Virus record (IMG/VR): IMGVR_UViG_2851976983_000004
Origin: a virus
Taxonomy: Duplodnaviria > Heunggongvirae > Uroviricota > Caudoviricetes
Reading direction: 5' to 3' (one strand)
Length of the DNA: 39,917 bases
This document shows positions 8,553-17,497 of this stretch, piece after piece. The stretch's first letter is position 1; every line of letters starts with the position of its first letter. Position numbers and translations under genes: made by a program. The notes below the pieces were generated by a model. The model was not told where the DNA came from. It made no database searches and saw only the letters and a list, made by a program, of their open reading frames with translations.

Positions 8553-9535
8553 GTAAAGAGAAGCAAACAGTTAACGGAGATGTGGGTAACGTTGTCAGCG
8601 GTGATGTTACCATTCATAACTATTCTGCTGACATACTTCCCTCTGCCCAGCAACCAATTTCGTTGCTGCAAAAACGCGATTTACACAGATTGATGGATGA
8701 ATTGGTTGATCTGGGGGAAAGTAAGCGCGAACTATGGATGACGATCCACACGAAACTTAATACCAAAACAGTTAATGAAATGACTGCGGCTGATTATCAT
8801 GGTGCGGTTGAGATCCTCCAGAGATATGCACAACAGATCCAGAATATGAAGGACTGTAATCTTCTGGTCAGCAAAATAATGGTGCTTACTGACCCTAGGT
8901 ATCGTCTTGACCGTGACAGATACTGTCTGAAGCATTTCGGTACAACCCATCTTAAAGGCCTGGACAAAGAGCAGTTGCAGGCTGTGTTTGGTTATTTTGA
9001 TGATCTGCTGAATATTCGTGATGAGAGTAAAACTCTATCACCTCCATCGGACAGCGGGGCAAAATCAGTCGCGACTGTACCAACCAGAAGCCGGAAGCCT
9101 CATGTAGTAGTGTTGGGGGGAGCGTTAGTTCTTGTCGCAATATTTTTCGTGGGAATGATTGTGTTCGCTGGTAAATGGGGAAATGCTAAAGCAGTAGCAT
9201 CTACTGAAACCAGCGTTTTTAACATTAAAACCAACGACAAAATAATAGAAGATTCCATCCCAGCATTACGCAGCATGTTTCCAGGGTTAAATAAGTACTC
9301 AGATGATTTCCATTCGGTTTCAAGCTACAAGCAAAAATCGGGCTGGCATACCCTTAAATTCACGGTGTCTACACAGGCAATAATACCTGAATCTTATGGT
9401 GTTAAAGGGAAAACTTGTTACATCAACATAAACCCCGATGGTCGTTATGCCCGTGTTTTGACCGCCCCATGTAGAGCTCTATTACTTGACCAACAAAACA
9501 CTCCAGATAGTAAATATCGTTATATTTTGAAATAG
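8549..9535 (+). CDS. membrane protein, unknown function (single central TM helix)
   Basis: 328-aa ORF, ATGA overlap with repressor stop; hydrophobic stretch VVVLGGALVLVAIFFVGMIVFAG; AT-rich. Confidence 0.6.
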   Translation: MSKEKQTVNGDVGNVVSGDVTIHNYSADILPSAQQPISLLQKRDLHRLMDELVDLGESKRELWMTIHTKLNTKTVNEMTAADYHGAVEILQRYAQQIQNMKDCNLLVSKIMVLTDPRYRLDRDRYCLKHFGTTHLKGLDKEQLQAVFGYFDDLLNIRDESKTLSPPSDSGAKSVATVPTRSRKPHVVVLGGALVLVAIFFVGMIVFAGKWGNAKAVASTETSVFNIKTNDKIIEDSIPALRSMFPGLNKYSDDFHSVSSYKQKSGWHTLKFTVSTQAIIPESYGVKGKTCYININPDGRYARVLTAPCRALLLDQQNTPDSKYRYILK

Positions 9536-9555
9536 AAAATAACTGCGAGGCTATT

Positions 9556-10167
9556 ATGGGGCTAATTAAACGATATAGAACAGATTATCCGAACCAAGTA
9601 CATCAACTTTCTGTTGCTGTTTCAAAGCATTATTATGCGGGAGTTGATGGATTGCTTAAGTACCAGAAAAAACCATTTGATATAAAACTTAGCAATGCAA
9701 GTAAAACTGGAAAAGATCATTTACTAGTCTATTCGTTACGCGATCACTACAGTGGTTTGTTTTATATAGAATTGGCATTTCTTTCTACACCACAACCTAT
9801 AACAGCTTTTTTGGGAAGGGCATGGAGGCCAAAGGAAGATAACGTGTTACAGGGTCTTCCTGATATGCTGATGATCCCCAAAACTGTAGAAGATGAGTTC
9901 CCTAACGTATGTAATGCCGTTTATAACCAAGGAGTTGATCTTTTAAAAGTAACCAGCGGTTTTCAGAGTGGAGGGCTTATCGCCATACGAGCGGTAGAGG
10001 AAGATCTTAAATTCTACACAAATACTCCTATAGCACGAGTTCGTGAGGTTGCGGTTAAAACATGCAGATACAATGCTAATGATATCGCCCGAACCAATAA
10101 AGAAACAAAGCAAGAGATGTGGTTACGAAACGTCGGTCAGATAGATATACCTTCTCCAGATTTTTGA
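9556..10167 (+). CDS. hypothetical protein
   Basis: 203-aa ORF, GAGG about 8 nt upstream of ATG, AT-rich, no family recognised. Confidence 0.55.
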   Translation: MGLIKRYRTDYPNQVHQLSVAVSKHYYAGVDGLLKYQKKPFDIKLSNASKTGKDHLLVYSLRDHYSGLFYIELAFLSTPQPITAFLGRAWRPKEDNVLQGLPDMLMIPKTVEDEFPNVCNAVYNQGVDLLKVTSGFQSGGLIAIRAVEEDLKFYTNTPIARVREVAVKTCRYNANDIARTNKETKQEMWLRNVGQIDIPSPDF

Positions 10168-10429
10168 AACCTGAAATCACGGTGTCGACGGTTCATTCTG
10201 ACGCATCATTTATTCTCGTCAGTTGCCTCATATTCGTGCGTGCTAGGAAACATCGGCCAGAATATGTCTGGCATGGCGGCGTTTACAACCAATCCATGGA
10301 GCGATGGGGAATGTCTGCATTTTCATAATCTGTAACCCTTTTATAATTATAAAAAATATGGCAGGCTAGTCTGGTCTCGCGAGACTGACTGAACCTCGGT
10401 CGGCTCACAGTGCATTCCTGTGGGGCGAT

Positions 10430-10469
10430 GACCAGCCCGGAGTTCGGGTACCGGGCTGGTCGTTCTTTC
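10430..10469 (+). terminator. stem-loop (11-bp perfect stem) followed by GUUCUUUC, candidate terminator
   Basis: GACCAGCCCGG-agttcgggta-CCGGGCTGGTC at 10430-10461 then T-rich run. Confidence 0.4.
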
Positions 10470-10576
10470 ACTGTCAGAGTTCAGAGTGAAGTTTTGAGAT
10501 ACATGATTTCTATTAACGCGATTTACTGGATGCATTACCTACGTGCAGTGTTTGTTCGATAAGGATTGTTTTCTGA

Positions 10577-11152
10577 ATGGGAACGTATTACACACTTGAT
10601 TCCGCTAGTCGTCTGCCTTCGCCTTGTCATGTAATTACCGGAAAATACGAGCCTGAAATGCCAGAACTGGCCGCTTTTCTTCATCAGATGTATCCCAATG
10701 GCCTTTCGAGTCACGGGTATAACTATCTCTATAACCCCGGCCCTAAAATGGAAGATGACAGTGGAATCAGCAGAAGTCTGCTGGTCGGTCTGGTGTTTGA
10801 GTTAGTTCGCCGTAGCCATTTTCCTGATAAACCTTCCCGCTATCAGTCACTGTTTGCCTGTCAGCATCTGAGTGAAGTCAGGAAGTTCAGGGAATTACTG
10901 GCTGATGAGAGAGGCGAAGACGAAATAAGAACGGCACCGATATATGAAGTCATCACAAATGAGCAGGTGCATCGCGGAGATATGAGGTTATTGAACAGTG
11001 ATTGCCCGGTGCTGGAACTGTATCACCGTGCTTGGCTTTACTGGTCGGGTGAAGCAGCCCCAGTTAAGACTGGTGAGGACGAACCGTTCTGGGAACTGCT
11101 GATTCCGCTTCCAGTATTCGTTGGTCGAAGGATAACTGAATCGCAGGATTAG
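10577..11152 (+). CDS. hypothetical protein
   Basis: 191-aa ORF, no family recognised. Confidence 0.5.
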   Translation: MGTYYTLDSASRLPSPCHVITGKYEPEMPELAAFLHQMYPNGLSSHGYNYLYNPGPKMEDDSGISRSLLVGLVFELVRRSHFPDKPSRYQSLFACQHLSEVRKFRELLADERGEDEIRTAPIYEVITNEQVHRGDMRLLNSDCPVLELYHRAWLYWSGEAAPVKTGEDEPFWELLIPLPVFVGRRITESQD

Positions 11153-11387
11153 GTGCGGTTTTATATCGTGATGTCGCCGCCACATCGCCAATTAGCATGA
11201 CGTTGTTTTCTCCGCTGGCGAAATGACTTCTTCTCTCTTCAAGTGCAACCAGAACGTTTTTCAGCTCTATAATCGCTTCGGTTGGACAACATGCATCCAA
11301 GCTTAGCGTGTAAGTTTTATTCTGCTCTCCGATTCTGCTCCCAAAGAGGAACCCTTTTTTAATACCAGACTGTTTCGGTTCAGTCAT
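11064..11387 (-). CDS. hypothetical protein (convergent, overlaps 3' end of previous gene)
   Basis: ORF 11064..11447 trimmed to ATG 11387 preceded by GGGGAGG; overlaps 10577..11152 antisense by about 89 bp, so one of the two may be wrongly called. Confidence 0.3.
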   Translation of the reverse strand: MTEPKQSGIKKGFLFGSRIGEQNKTYTLSLDACCPTEAIIELKNVLVALEERRSHFASGENNVMLIGDVAATSRYKTAPNPAIQLSFDQRILEAESAVPRTVRPHQS

Positions 11388-11458
11388 TGTGCTTGCCTCC
11401 CCTATGTTTTGTGTGCGACCATTCTGGTCGCTTCCCTCTGCGAACACTTATAACGCGC

Positions 11459-11467
11459 TTTAAAATC
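11459..11467 (+). promoter_or_regulatory. recurring motif TTTAAAATC (candidate late promoter -10 region) upstream of lysis genes
   Basis: One of four occurrences of TTTAA(A/T)ATC 30-56 nt upstream of the first gene of a late gene block. Confidence 0.3.
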
Positions 11468-11517
11468 CGTATCCCGCCACATTTGTGATGCTGTCTCCAC
11501 CAAACAAGGAGACACAC

Positions 11518-11868
11518 ATGAAAAGCCTGAAAAAATTCATTCCCCCTGTTAAAAAACCTCGCCTCAGCGGCTGGCTGCTGACCTCAGTGCTGTTGCTGGG
11601 CACCATCGCTCTGGTCTCGCCACAGCAGTTGCCTGTTGTGATCTACAAGCTGGCACTCATCACGCTGGCAGCAGTGCTGGGTTACTGGCTTGACCGTTCG
11701 CTCTTCCCCAAAGCCCGTCCCGGTCAGTACCTGAAACATGAAGACAGGCTGATGGCTGAAGGGCGTTTCCCTGTGCAGACCGGCCTTCACCTTGTATTTT
11801 CTGCTGCGTTAATCCGCCGTGCACTGATTGTTGCAGCGGTCTGTCTGGCTGTGGCAACAGGACTGTGA
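11518..11868 (+). CDS. membrane protein, putative holin
   Basis: ATG at 11518 preceded by AAGGAG; about 116 aa with three hydrophobic segments; immediately upstream of endolysin. Confidence 0.45.
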   Translation: MKSLKKFIPPVKKPRLSGWLLTSVLLLGTIALVSPQQLPVVIYKLALITLAAVLGYWLDRSLFPKARPGQYLKHEDRLMAEGRFPVQTGLHLVFSAALIRRALIVAAVCLAVATGL

Positions 11869-12599
11869 CCATGAACTGGCCTCAAATCACCCTCATTATT
11901 CTGTTCGCCTTTGGTCTGGGCGTAACCGCCATCAGACACGGCGAACCACGTAACGATAAATACAGCTTCTGGTGGCAGCTTGCTGGCAACCTGGTGATTG
12001 TCTGGCTGCTCTGGTGTGGTGGCTTCTTCAGTCAGGCCCGCGCAGCGCAGCCTCCGCAGGCTGCGCTGCAGTATCGCGATGATGTGATCCGTAATGCCCG
12101 GCTTGAATGGGGACTGTCTGCGCCGGTGGCAGATTTCGCCGCGCAACTGCATCAGGAAAGCGGCTGGCGACCTGATGCGGTCTCGCCGGCTGGTGCTCAG
12201 GGACTGGCGCAGTTCATGCCTGCCACTGCCGACTGGATAAGTCAGCTGATGCCGGGACTTAACAGCCGTGAGCCGTTTAATCCGGCATGGGCCATCCGGG
12301 CGCTGGTCAGCTATGACCGCTGGCTGTGGCAGCGCGTCAGCGCCGCCAACGACTGCGAGCGTATGGCCATGACACTGTCAGGCTATAACGGTGGTCTGGG
12401 CTGGGTACAACGGGACAGGCGGCTTGCATCACAGAAAGGTCTGGACAGCACCCGCTGGTTCGGACATGTCGCCACGGTGAATGCCGGACGCAATGCGGCC
12501 AGCTGGCGGGAGAACCGCCATTATCCGCAGCGCATCCTGCGCGAACTGGCACCGCGATATCTCACATGGGGAGGCAGCAGTTGTGTGGCATCTGGTTAA
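11865..12599 (+). CDS. lytic transglycosylase endolysin (SLT domain) with N-terminal membrane anchor (SAR-like)
   Basis: HQESGWRPDAVSPAGAQGLAQFMPATA catalytic-region motif; N-terminal hydrophobic segments; start GTG 11865 or ATG 11871. Confidence 0.8.
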   Translation: MTMNWPQITLIILFAFGLGVTAIRHGEPRNDKYSFWWQLAGNLVIVWLLWCGGFFSQARAAQPPQAALQYRDDVIRNARLEWGLSAPVADFAAQLHQESGWRPDAVSPAGAQGLAQFMPATADWISQLMPGLNSREPFNPAWAIRALVSYDRWLWQRVSAANDCERMAMTLSGYNGGLGWVQRDRRLASQKGLDSTRWFGHVATVNAGRNAASWRENRHYPQRILRELAPRYLTWGGSSCVASG

Positions 12600-13233
12600 A
12601 AAGCTGCCGTGGCGCGGCATTCTGCTGGCCATTCTTATCAATGCCTTTCTGATCGGCCTGTATGCCATGGGATACAGAAGTGGTCATGACTCTGCAAAGC
12701 GTGACGGTAATACCGCGCTCAGTCAGTTGCAGTCAGCATTTGACGCGTACAAAACGGCGCAGGCAACGCTTGAGAATGCTGCGCTGCGGGCTTGGGCCAG
12801 ACGGTATCAGGAGCAGGTGGCCGCCGGGCAGCGGGCTGAAGCCGGTTATCTTGAGCAGATTGCTCAACTGGAGAGCCGGAACAAACAACTACAGGGGCAA
12901 ATTAACGATGTCACACAGCGCTGGATTGATGAAAAAGGTAAGAGTCATCCCATTGAGTGCGTGTTTACTCGCGGTTTCGTGCGCCAGTACAACGCCGCAC
13001 TCGGATATGACAACGCATCCGTCGACACCGGTCATTCAGACTCAGTTGCCGCCACTGGCACCCGCTCTGGCACAGCGACCGGGCAACCTGAAACCACTGA
13101 CACCCGGTTACGCGATTCGGGTGTCTCCCAGCGTGACGTTCTCGCCAACATCATCGACAACGCATGGCAATGTCGTCGCTGGCGGAACCAGATAAACGCG
13201 CTGCTGGATGAACGGGAAGGATTACAGAAATGA
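12583..13233 (+). CDS. i-spanin (Rz-like), N-terminal TM anchor and coiled coil
   Basis: ORF 12481..13233 trimmed to GTG 12583 (GGGGAGG 8 nt upstream); TM WRGILLAILINAFLIGLYAMG then coiled-coil region. Confidence 0.55.
   Translation: MWHLVKKLPWRGILLAILINAFLIGLYAMGYRSGHDSAKRDGNTALSQLQSAFDAYKTAQATLENAALRAWARRYQEQVAAGQRAEAGYLEQIAQLESRNKQLQGQINDVTQRWIDEKGKSHPIECVFTRGFVRQYNAALGYDNASVDTGHSDSVAATGTRSGTATGQPETTDTRLRDSGVSQRDVLANIIDNAWQCRRWRNQINALLDEREGLQK
12929..13195 (+). CDS. o-spanin (Rz1-like lipoprotein) embedded in +1 frame of i-spanin gene
   Basis: MKKVRVIPLSACLLAVSC lipoprotein-like signal with lipobox, proline-rich mature part; entirely inside i-spanin gene. Confidence 0.5.
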   Translation: MKKVRVIPLSACLLAVSCASTTPHSDMTTHPSTPVIQTQLPPLAPALAQRPGNLKPLTPGYAIRVSPSVTFSPTSSTTHGNVVAGGTR

Positions 13234-13556
13234 CACTGCAGGTTGAATTCTGGACGGTGGTGAGTTTTCTGCTCACCTTCATGGGGTTTGTGGGAGGGCT
13301 CGCCAAATGGTTGTTCAGTAAAACAGAAGAACGCCAGGCGGCACGATTCGCCTCCCTTGAACAGGCCCTGCAACAATCCGCCTCCAACTGGGGCGAGCTG
13401 GAAAAAGAATTTATGCGATTTAAAGCGGATTTACCGCTGAATTATGTCCGTCGAGAGGATTATATCCGTGGCCAGACAGTCATTGAGGCCAAACTGGACG
13501 CGCTTTATAACAAACTGGAAGTGGTACAGCAGTACCGCAATACCGGAGGTCAATAA
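13230..13556 (+). CDS. small membrane protein (lysis-associated?)
   Basis: 108-aa ORF, N-terminal TM helix, ATGA overlap with upstream gene. Confidence 0.5.
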   Translation: MTLQVEFWTVVSFLLTFMGFVGGLAKWLFSKTEERQAARFASLEQALQQSASNWGELEKEFMRFKADLPLNYVRREDYIRGQTVIEAKLDALYNKLEVVQQYRNTGGQ

Positions 13557-13867
13557 TGGTCGATATTACCCGAGTACGCCGCGAATCCCTGCGCTGGAGT
13601 CTGCTGGTTGCCCTGAACAAGACCCGCCCTTACACCGCCAGCGAGACGCTGCTGCTGGATGTGTCCCGTGCCATCTACCCGGACACCACACCGCTGGAGC
13701 TGCGCCGCGAACTGGATTATCTGGCTGACCGTAAAATGGTTGAGCTGGAGAAAAAACCTTCTGGTGACTGGTTTGCTGACCTGACCCGCCTCGGCGTAGA
13801 CCTGGTGGAATACACCGTGGAATGTGGTCCGGGTATTGCCCGCCCGGAAAAGTACTGGAGTGAATAA
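13556..13867 (+). CDS. hypothetical protein
   Basis: 103-aa ORF in operon, 1-nt overlaps on both sides. Confidence 0.5.
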   Translation: MVDITRVRRESLRWSLLVALNKTRPYTASETLLLDVSRAIYPDTTPLELRRELDYLADRKMVELEKKPSGDWFADLTRLGVDLVEYTVECGPGIARPEKYWSE

Positions 13868-14412
13868 TGGCCAGACGCAGCACAATAGAAAAGCTGCCGG
13901 AAGACGTGCGCCGCTGGCTTGAACGGGCGCTGACTGAATCCGGCTTCAGCGGGTATAACGAGCTGGAGTCCCTGCTGCGTGAGCGGGGATACGTCATCAG
14001 CAAATCCGCTATCCATCGCTATGGACAGAAGATTGAGCGCCGCTATGGTGCTATCCGTGCGGCGACAGAAGCGGCCCGCATGCTGACCGAAGGCGCAGCA
14101 GACGATCAGGATGCGCGTTCGGAGGCTGTGATAGCCCTTATTCAGACCGAGCTGTTCGAGAGTATTGTCCAGTTGCAGGAGGCGGAAGAAGGCGAAGTCG
14201 ATCCTAAAGAACGCGTGGCCCTGCTGTCGAAGGTGGCGAAGAATGTGGCTACGCTGTCACGCGCGTCCGTCAACCTCAAAAAGTTCCAGTCTGAAGTGCG
14301 AGCCAGAGCGCAGCAGGCAGCCAGCAACGCAGAGAAAATTGCCCGTAAGGGCGGACTGTCAAGCGACGCAGTACAGGCGCTTCGTCGCGAGATTCTGGGG
14401 ATTGCCACATGA
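13867..14412 (+). CDS. Mu gp27-like protein (DUF3486), putative terminase small subunit
   Basis: N-terminus MARRSTIEKLPEDVRRWLERAL...ISKSAIHRYGQ matches Mu gp27-like family pattern; directly upstream of terminase large subunit. Confidence 0.65.
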   Translation: MARRSTIEKLPEDVRRWLERALTESGFSGYNELESLLRERGYVISKSAIHRYGQKIERRYGAIRAATEAARMLTEGAADDQDARSEAVIALIQTELFESIVQLQEAEEGEVDPKERVALLSKVAKNVATLSRASVNLKKFQSEVRARAQQAASNAEKIARKGGLSSDAVQALRREILGIAT

Positions 14413-16004
14413 CAAAATCATCCGGAGTGATTTTAAACGCCGCTGGCGGCGGCCCCGAAGGGATGAGTCCCATGGACGGGAGGAATAACCTTGCTCCCGT
14501 TTTGCCTGATACCTCGGCGCTGGATGCCCCTCCCGTTCTGTTGCCTTACCAGCAGCGCTGGGTGGCAGACACCTCTCCGCTTAAGGTGATAGAAAAGAGC
14601 CGTCGTACCGGTATTACATGGGCTGAGGCATCCGATAACGTACTGACCGCCGCCTCTTCTGCGCCAGCAGGCGGGATGAATGTGTATTACATCGCTTATA
14701 ACCAGGACATGACCGTCGAATACATTCAGGCGTGTGCGATGTGGGCACGGGCATTCAACTATGCGGCCAGTGAAATTGAAGAAGGATTCTGGGAAGAGGA
14801 CGACGACGACAAACACATCAGGACTTACACCATCAAATTTCCTGACTCCGGCTTTCGTATTGTTGCGCTCTCCAGCCGCCCGTCTAACCTGCGTGGCCGT
14901 CAGGGTATTATTGTTATCGACGAAGCGGCGTTCCATGAGCAACTGGACGAACTGCTGAAAGCGGCGCTGGCGATGCTTATCTGGGGGGGGAAGGTACACG
15001 TTATCTCCACCCATAACGGTGACGACAATCCGTTCAATACGCTTATCGGGGATATCCGTGCCGGACGTCAGGGAGGCAGCATACATCGCATCACTTTCCG
15101 GGAAGCCGTATCTGAGGGGCTGTTCCGGCGCGTCTGTCTGCGCACCGGGAAGGAATGGTCGGAGGCCTCCGAGCAGGCCTGGATGGCATCGGTGTACAAA
15201 TTCTACGGTGCCGGCGCATCCGAAGAGCTTGACTGTATTCCGGCCAACGGTGGCGGTGCCTGGCTGTCCCGTGCCCTGATAGAGTCCCGCATGTCCGCTG
15301 ATACGCCGGTATTGCGTCTGACCTGCAAGGAAGGTTATGAACTGCTGTCTGATGAGGTTCGCTTCCGCGAGACGCAGGACTGGCTTGATGAGTATCTGAA
15401 ACCATTGCTGGAGGCACTCCCCACTGATGCCCGCTCTTTCCTGGGGCGCGACTTTGGCCGTAGCGGTGATTTGTCGGTGGACTATCCCCTGCTGCAGGAG
15501 AAGAACCTGGTACGACGCGTGCCATTCGTACTGGAGCTGCGTAACGTGCCGTTCAGACAGCAGGAGCAAATCACCTGGTATCTGATGGATGGCCTGCCCG
15601 GTCTGCTGGGTGCAGCGTTTGATGCCCGTGGTAATGGTGCCTATCTGGCTGAATACGCCATGCAGCGCTACGGCTCCAGCCGGATTCAGCAGGTGATGCC
15701 AACCGAAGGCTGGTACAGGGAGCATATGCCTCCGGTCAAAGCTGCACTGGAAGACGGTAACCTGGTGGACTTACCAAAGGATGAAGACACACTGGATGAC
15801 CTGCGGGCCGTTCAGGTGGTGAACGGTGTCCCCCGCGTACCGGAGCAACGCTCAAAAGCAAAGGCTGACGGTGGTAAACGCCACGGGGATTCAGCCATCG
15901 CACTGGCGCTGGCGTATTTCGCCAGCCGTGAAATTAACAAAGGGCCGGTGAAGGCAAGCTCACGCCGTCGTCGTCAGGCGGCCCGTATGCTGGAGGGATT
16001 CTGA
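14409..16004 (+). CDS. terminase large subunit (Mu gp28-like)
   Basis: 531-aa ORF, ATPase Walker B-like IVIDEAAFHE, conserved position. Confidence 0.85.
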   Translation: MTKSSGVILNAAGGGPEGMSPMDGRNNLAPVLPDTSALDAPPVLLPYQQRWVADTSPLKVIEKSRRTGITWAEASDNVLTAASSAPAGGMNVYYIAYNQDMTVEYIQACAMWARAFNYAASEIEEGFWEEDDDDKHIRTYTIKFPDSGFRIVALSSRPSNLRGRQGIIVIDEAAFHEQLDELLKAALAMLIWGGKVHVISTHNGDDNPFNTLIGDIRAGRQGGSIHRITFREAVSEGLFRRVCLRTGKEWSEASEQAWMASVYKFYGAGASEELDCIPANGGGAWLSRALIESRMSADTPVLRLTCKEGYELLSDEVRFRETQDWLDEYLKPLLEALPTDARSFLGRDFGRSGDLSVDYPLLQEKNLVRRVPFVLELRNVPFRQQEQITWYLMDGLPGLLGAAFDARGNGAYLAEYAMQRYGSSRIQQVMPTEGWYREHMPPVKAALEDGNLVDLPKDEDTLDDLRAVQVVNGVPRVPEQRSKAKADGGKRHGDSAIALALAYFASREINKGPVKASSRRRRQAARMLEGF

Positions 16005-17497
16005 TGGCGAGGGGTATCTGGGTTTCACCCGATGAATTTGTTGCTTTTTCTGAGCCTCAGAAATCACTGACCGCGCAGATTGCCTCCCGCAGCCGCGCGA
16101 TCGACTTTTACGGACTGGGCATGTATCTGCCCAATCCTGATCCCATTCTCAAGGCTCAGGGACGGGATATCCGTATCTACCGCGAACTGCGCACCGACCC
16201 GCTGGTCGGAGGCTGTATCCGCAGACGTAAAGCAGCGCTCAAATCGCTGGAGCGTGGACTGGAGCGCGGTCACGCTTCTGCCCGGGTCTTCCGTTTCATC
16301 CGCGACATGCTCGACGATCTGGATCTGTCCCGCATCATCGGTGAGATGAGCGATGCCGTGCTCTACGGGTATCAGCCCTGTGAAATCATGTGGGGCCGTT
16401 CGGTCAGGGCGTGGGCGGTGACGGATATTGTCGGCAAACCGCCTGAGTGGTTTCAGTTTGATACGGACAACTGCCTGCGCTTCCGGGCGCGTGATGCGGG
16501 TGTGGAGGGTGAGCTGCTGTCACCGTCAAAATTCGTGGTGCCGGCACAGGATGCCTCGTATGACAATCCTTACGGTTTCCCGGACCTGTCCATGTGCTTC
16601 TGGCCGGTCGCCTTCAAGAAAGGCGGGATGAAATTCTGGCTCCGCTTTGCCGAAAAGTTTGGCTCCCCGTGGGTGATCGGTAAGCACCCGAGGGGTGCAA
16701 ATGATGCAGAGATTGAAAAACTGCTGGACTCCATGGAGCAGATGGTGGAGGACGCTGTGGCCGCCATCCCCGATGACAGCAGCATTGAACTCAAAGCCGC
16801 GGATGGCAAGGCGGACAGCAGCGAGGTATTCCGCGAGCTGATCACGCTGTCACGCAGTGAGATCTCCATTGCATTACTCGGTCAGAATCAGACCACGGAA
16901 GCGAACAGTAACAAGGCCTCTGCACAGGCCGGGCTGGAGGTGACGGCTGATATCCGCGATGCGGATGCGGACATCATTCAGGCGGCAGTGAATCAGGTCA
17001 TCAGAACGGTGGTCACCCTGAACTTCGGCGATGTGCCGTGTCCGGTCTGGGCCATGTGGGAACAGGAGGCCATTGATGACACCCGTGCCACCCGCGACGA
17101 AAAACTCACCCGCGCGGGACTACGCCTGACCCCGCAGTACTTCATGCGGGAGTACCAGCTGCAGGAGGGGGATATTGACCTCTCTGATGCACCGGTTGCG
17201 GACGGGGCAGTGCCTGCGGAGTTTGCCGAGGCGATAAGCGCCGATCATGATGCACAACAGCAGCTTGACGACGCGCTGGACATTCTGATGAACGGAGGTG
17301 TGTTAAATGGCACGCTGGAACCCGTCCTGGCACCTCTGTTCAGGCGGGTCGAAAACGGGGTTAACCCGTCTGAGCTGCTGGGCGAACTGGCGGAGCTCTA
17401 CCCTCAGATGAACACGGACGATCTGCAGGAGCGGCTGGCCCGCATTCTCTTTGTGGCAAATATCTGGGGGCGTCTGCATGAGCGTGACAACGGCTGA
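16004..17497 (+). CDS. portal protein (Mu gp29-like, DUF935)
   Basis: 497-aa ORF directly after terminase, TGATG overlap. Confidence 0.8.
   Translation: MARGIWVSPDEFVAFSEPQKSLTAQIASRSRAIDFYGLGMYLPNPDPILKAQGRDIRIYRELRTDPLVGGCIRRRKAALKSLERGLERGHASARVFRFIRDMLDDLDLSRIIGEMSDAVLYGYQPCEIMWGRSVRAWAVTDIVGKPPEWFQFDTDNCLRFRARDAGVEGELLSPSKFVVPAQDASYDNPYGFPDLSMCFWPVAFKKGGMKFWLRFAEKFGSPWVIGKHPRGANDAEIEKLLDSMEQMVEDAVAAIPDDSSIELKAADGKADSSEVFRELITLSRSEISIALLGQNQTTEANSNKASAQAGLEVTADIRDADADIIQAAVNQVIRTVVTLNFGDVPCPVWAMWEQEAIDDTRATRDEKLTRAGLRLTPQYFMREYQLQEGDIDLSDAPVADGAVPAEFAEAISADHDAQQQLDDALDILMNGGVLNGTLEPVLAPLFRRVENGVNPSELLGELAELYPQMNTDDLQERLARILFVANIWGRLHERDNG

Noticed and set aside
10283-10535. Two 62-aa minus-strand ORFs in the 10.2-10.6 kb intergenic region
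   Set aside because: They overlap the strong hairpin and palindromes, have no ribosome-binding sites, and look like chance frames in a structured non-coding region.
14433-15725. 430-aa minus-strand ORF antisense to the terminase large subunit gene
   Set aside because: Entirely inside a well-supported plus-strand gene in GC-rich DNA; typical shadow ORF with no independent support.
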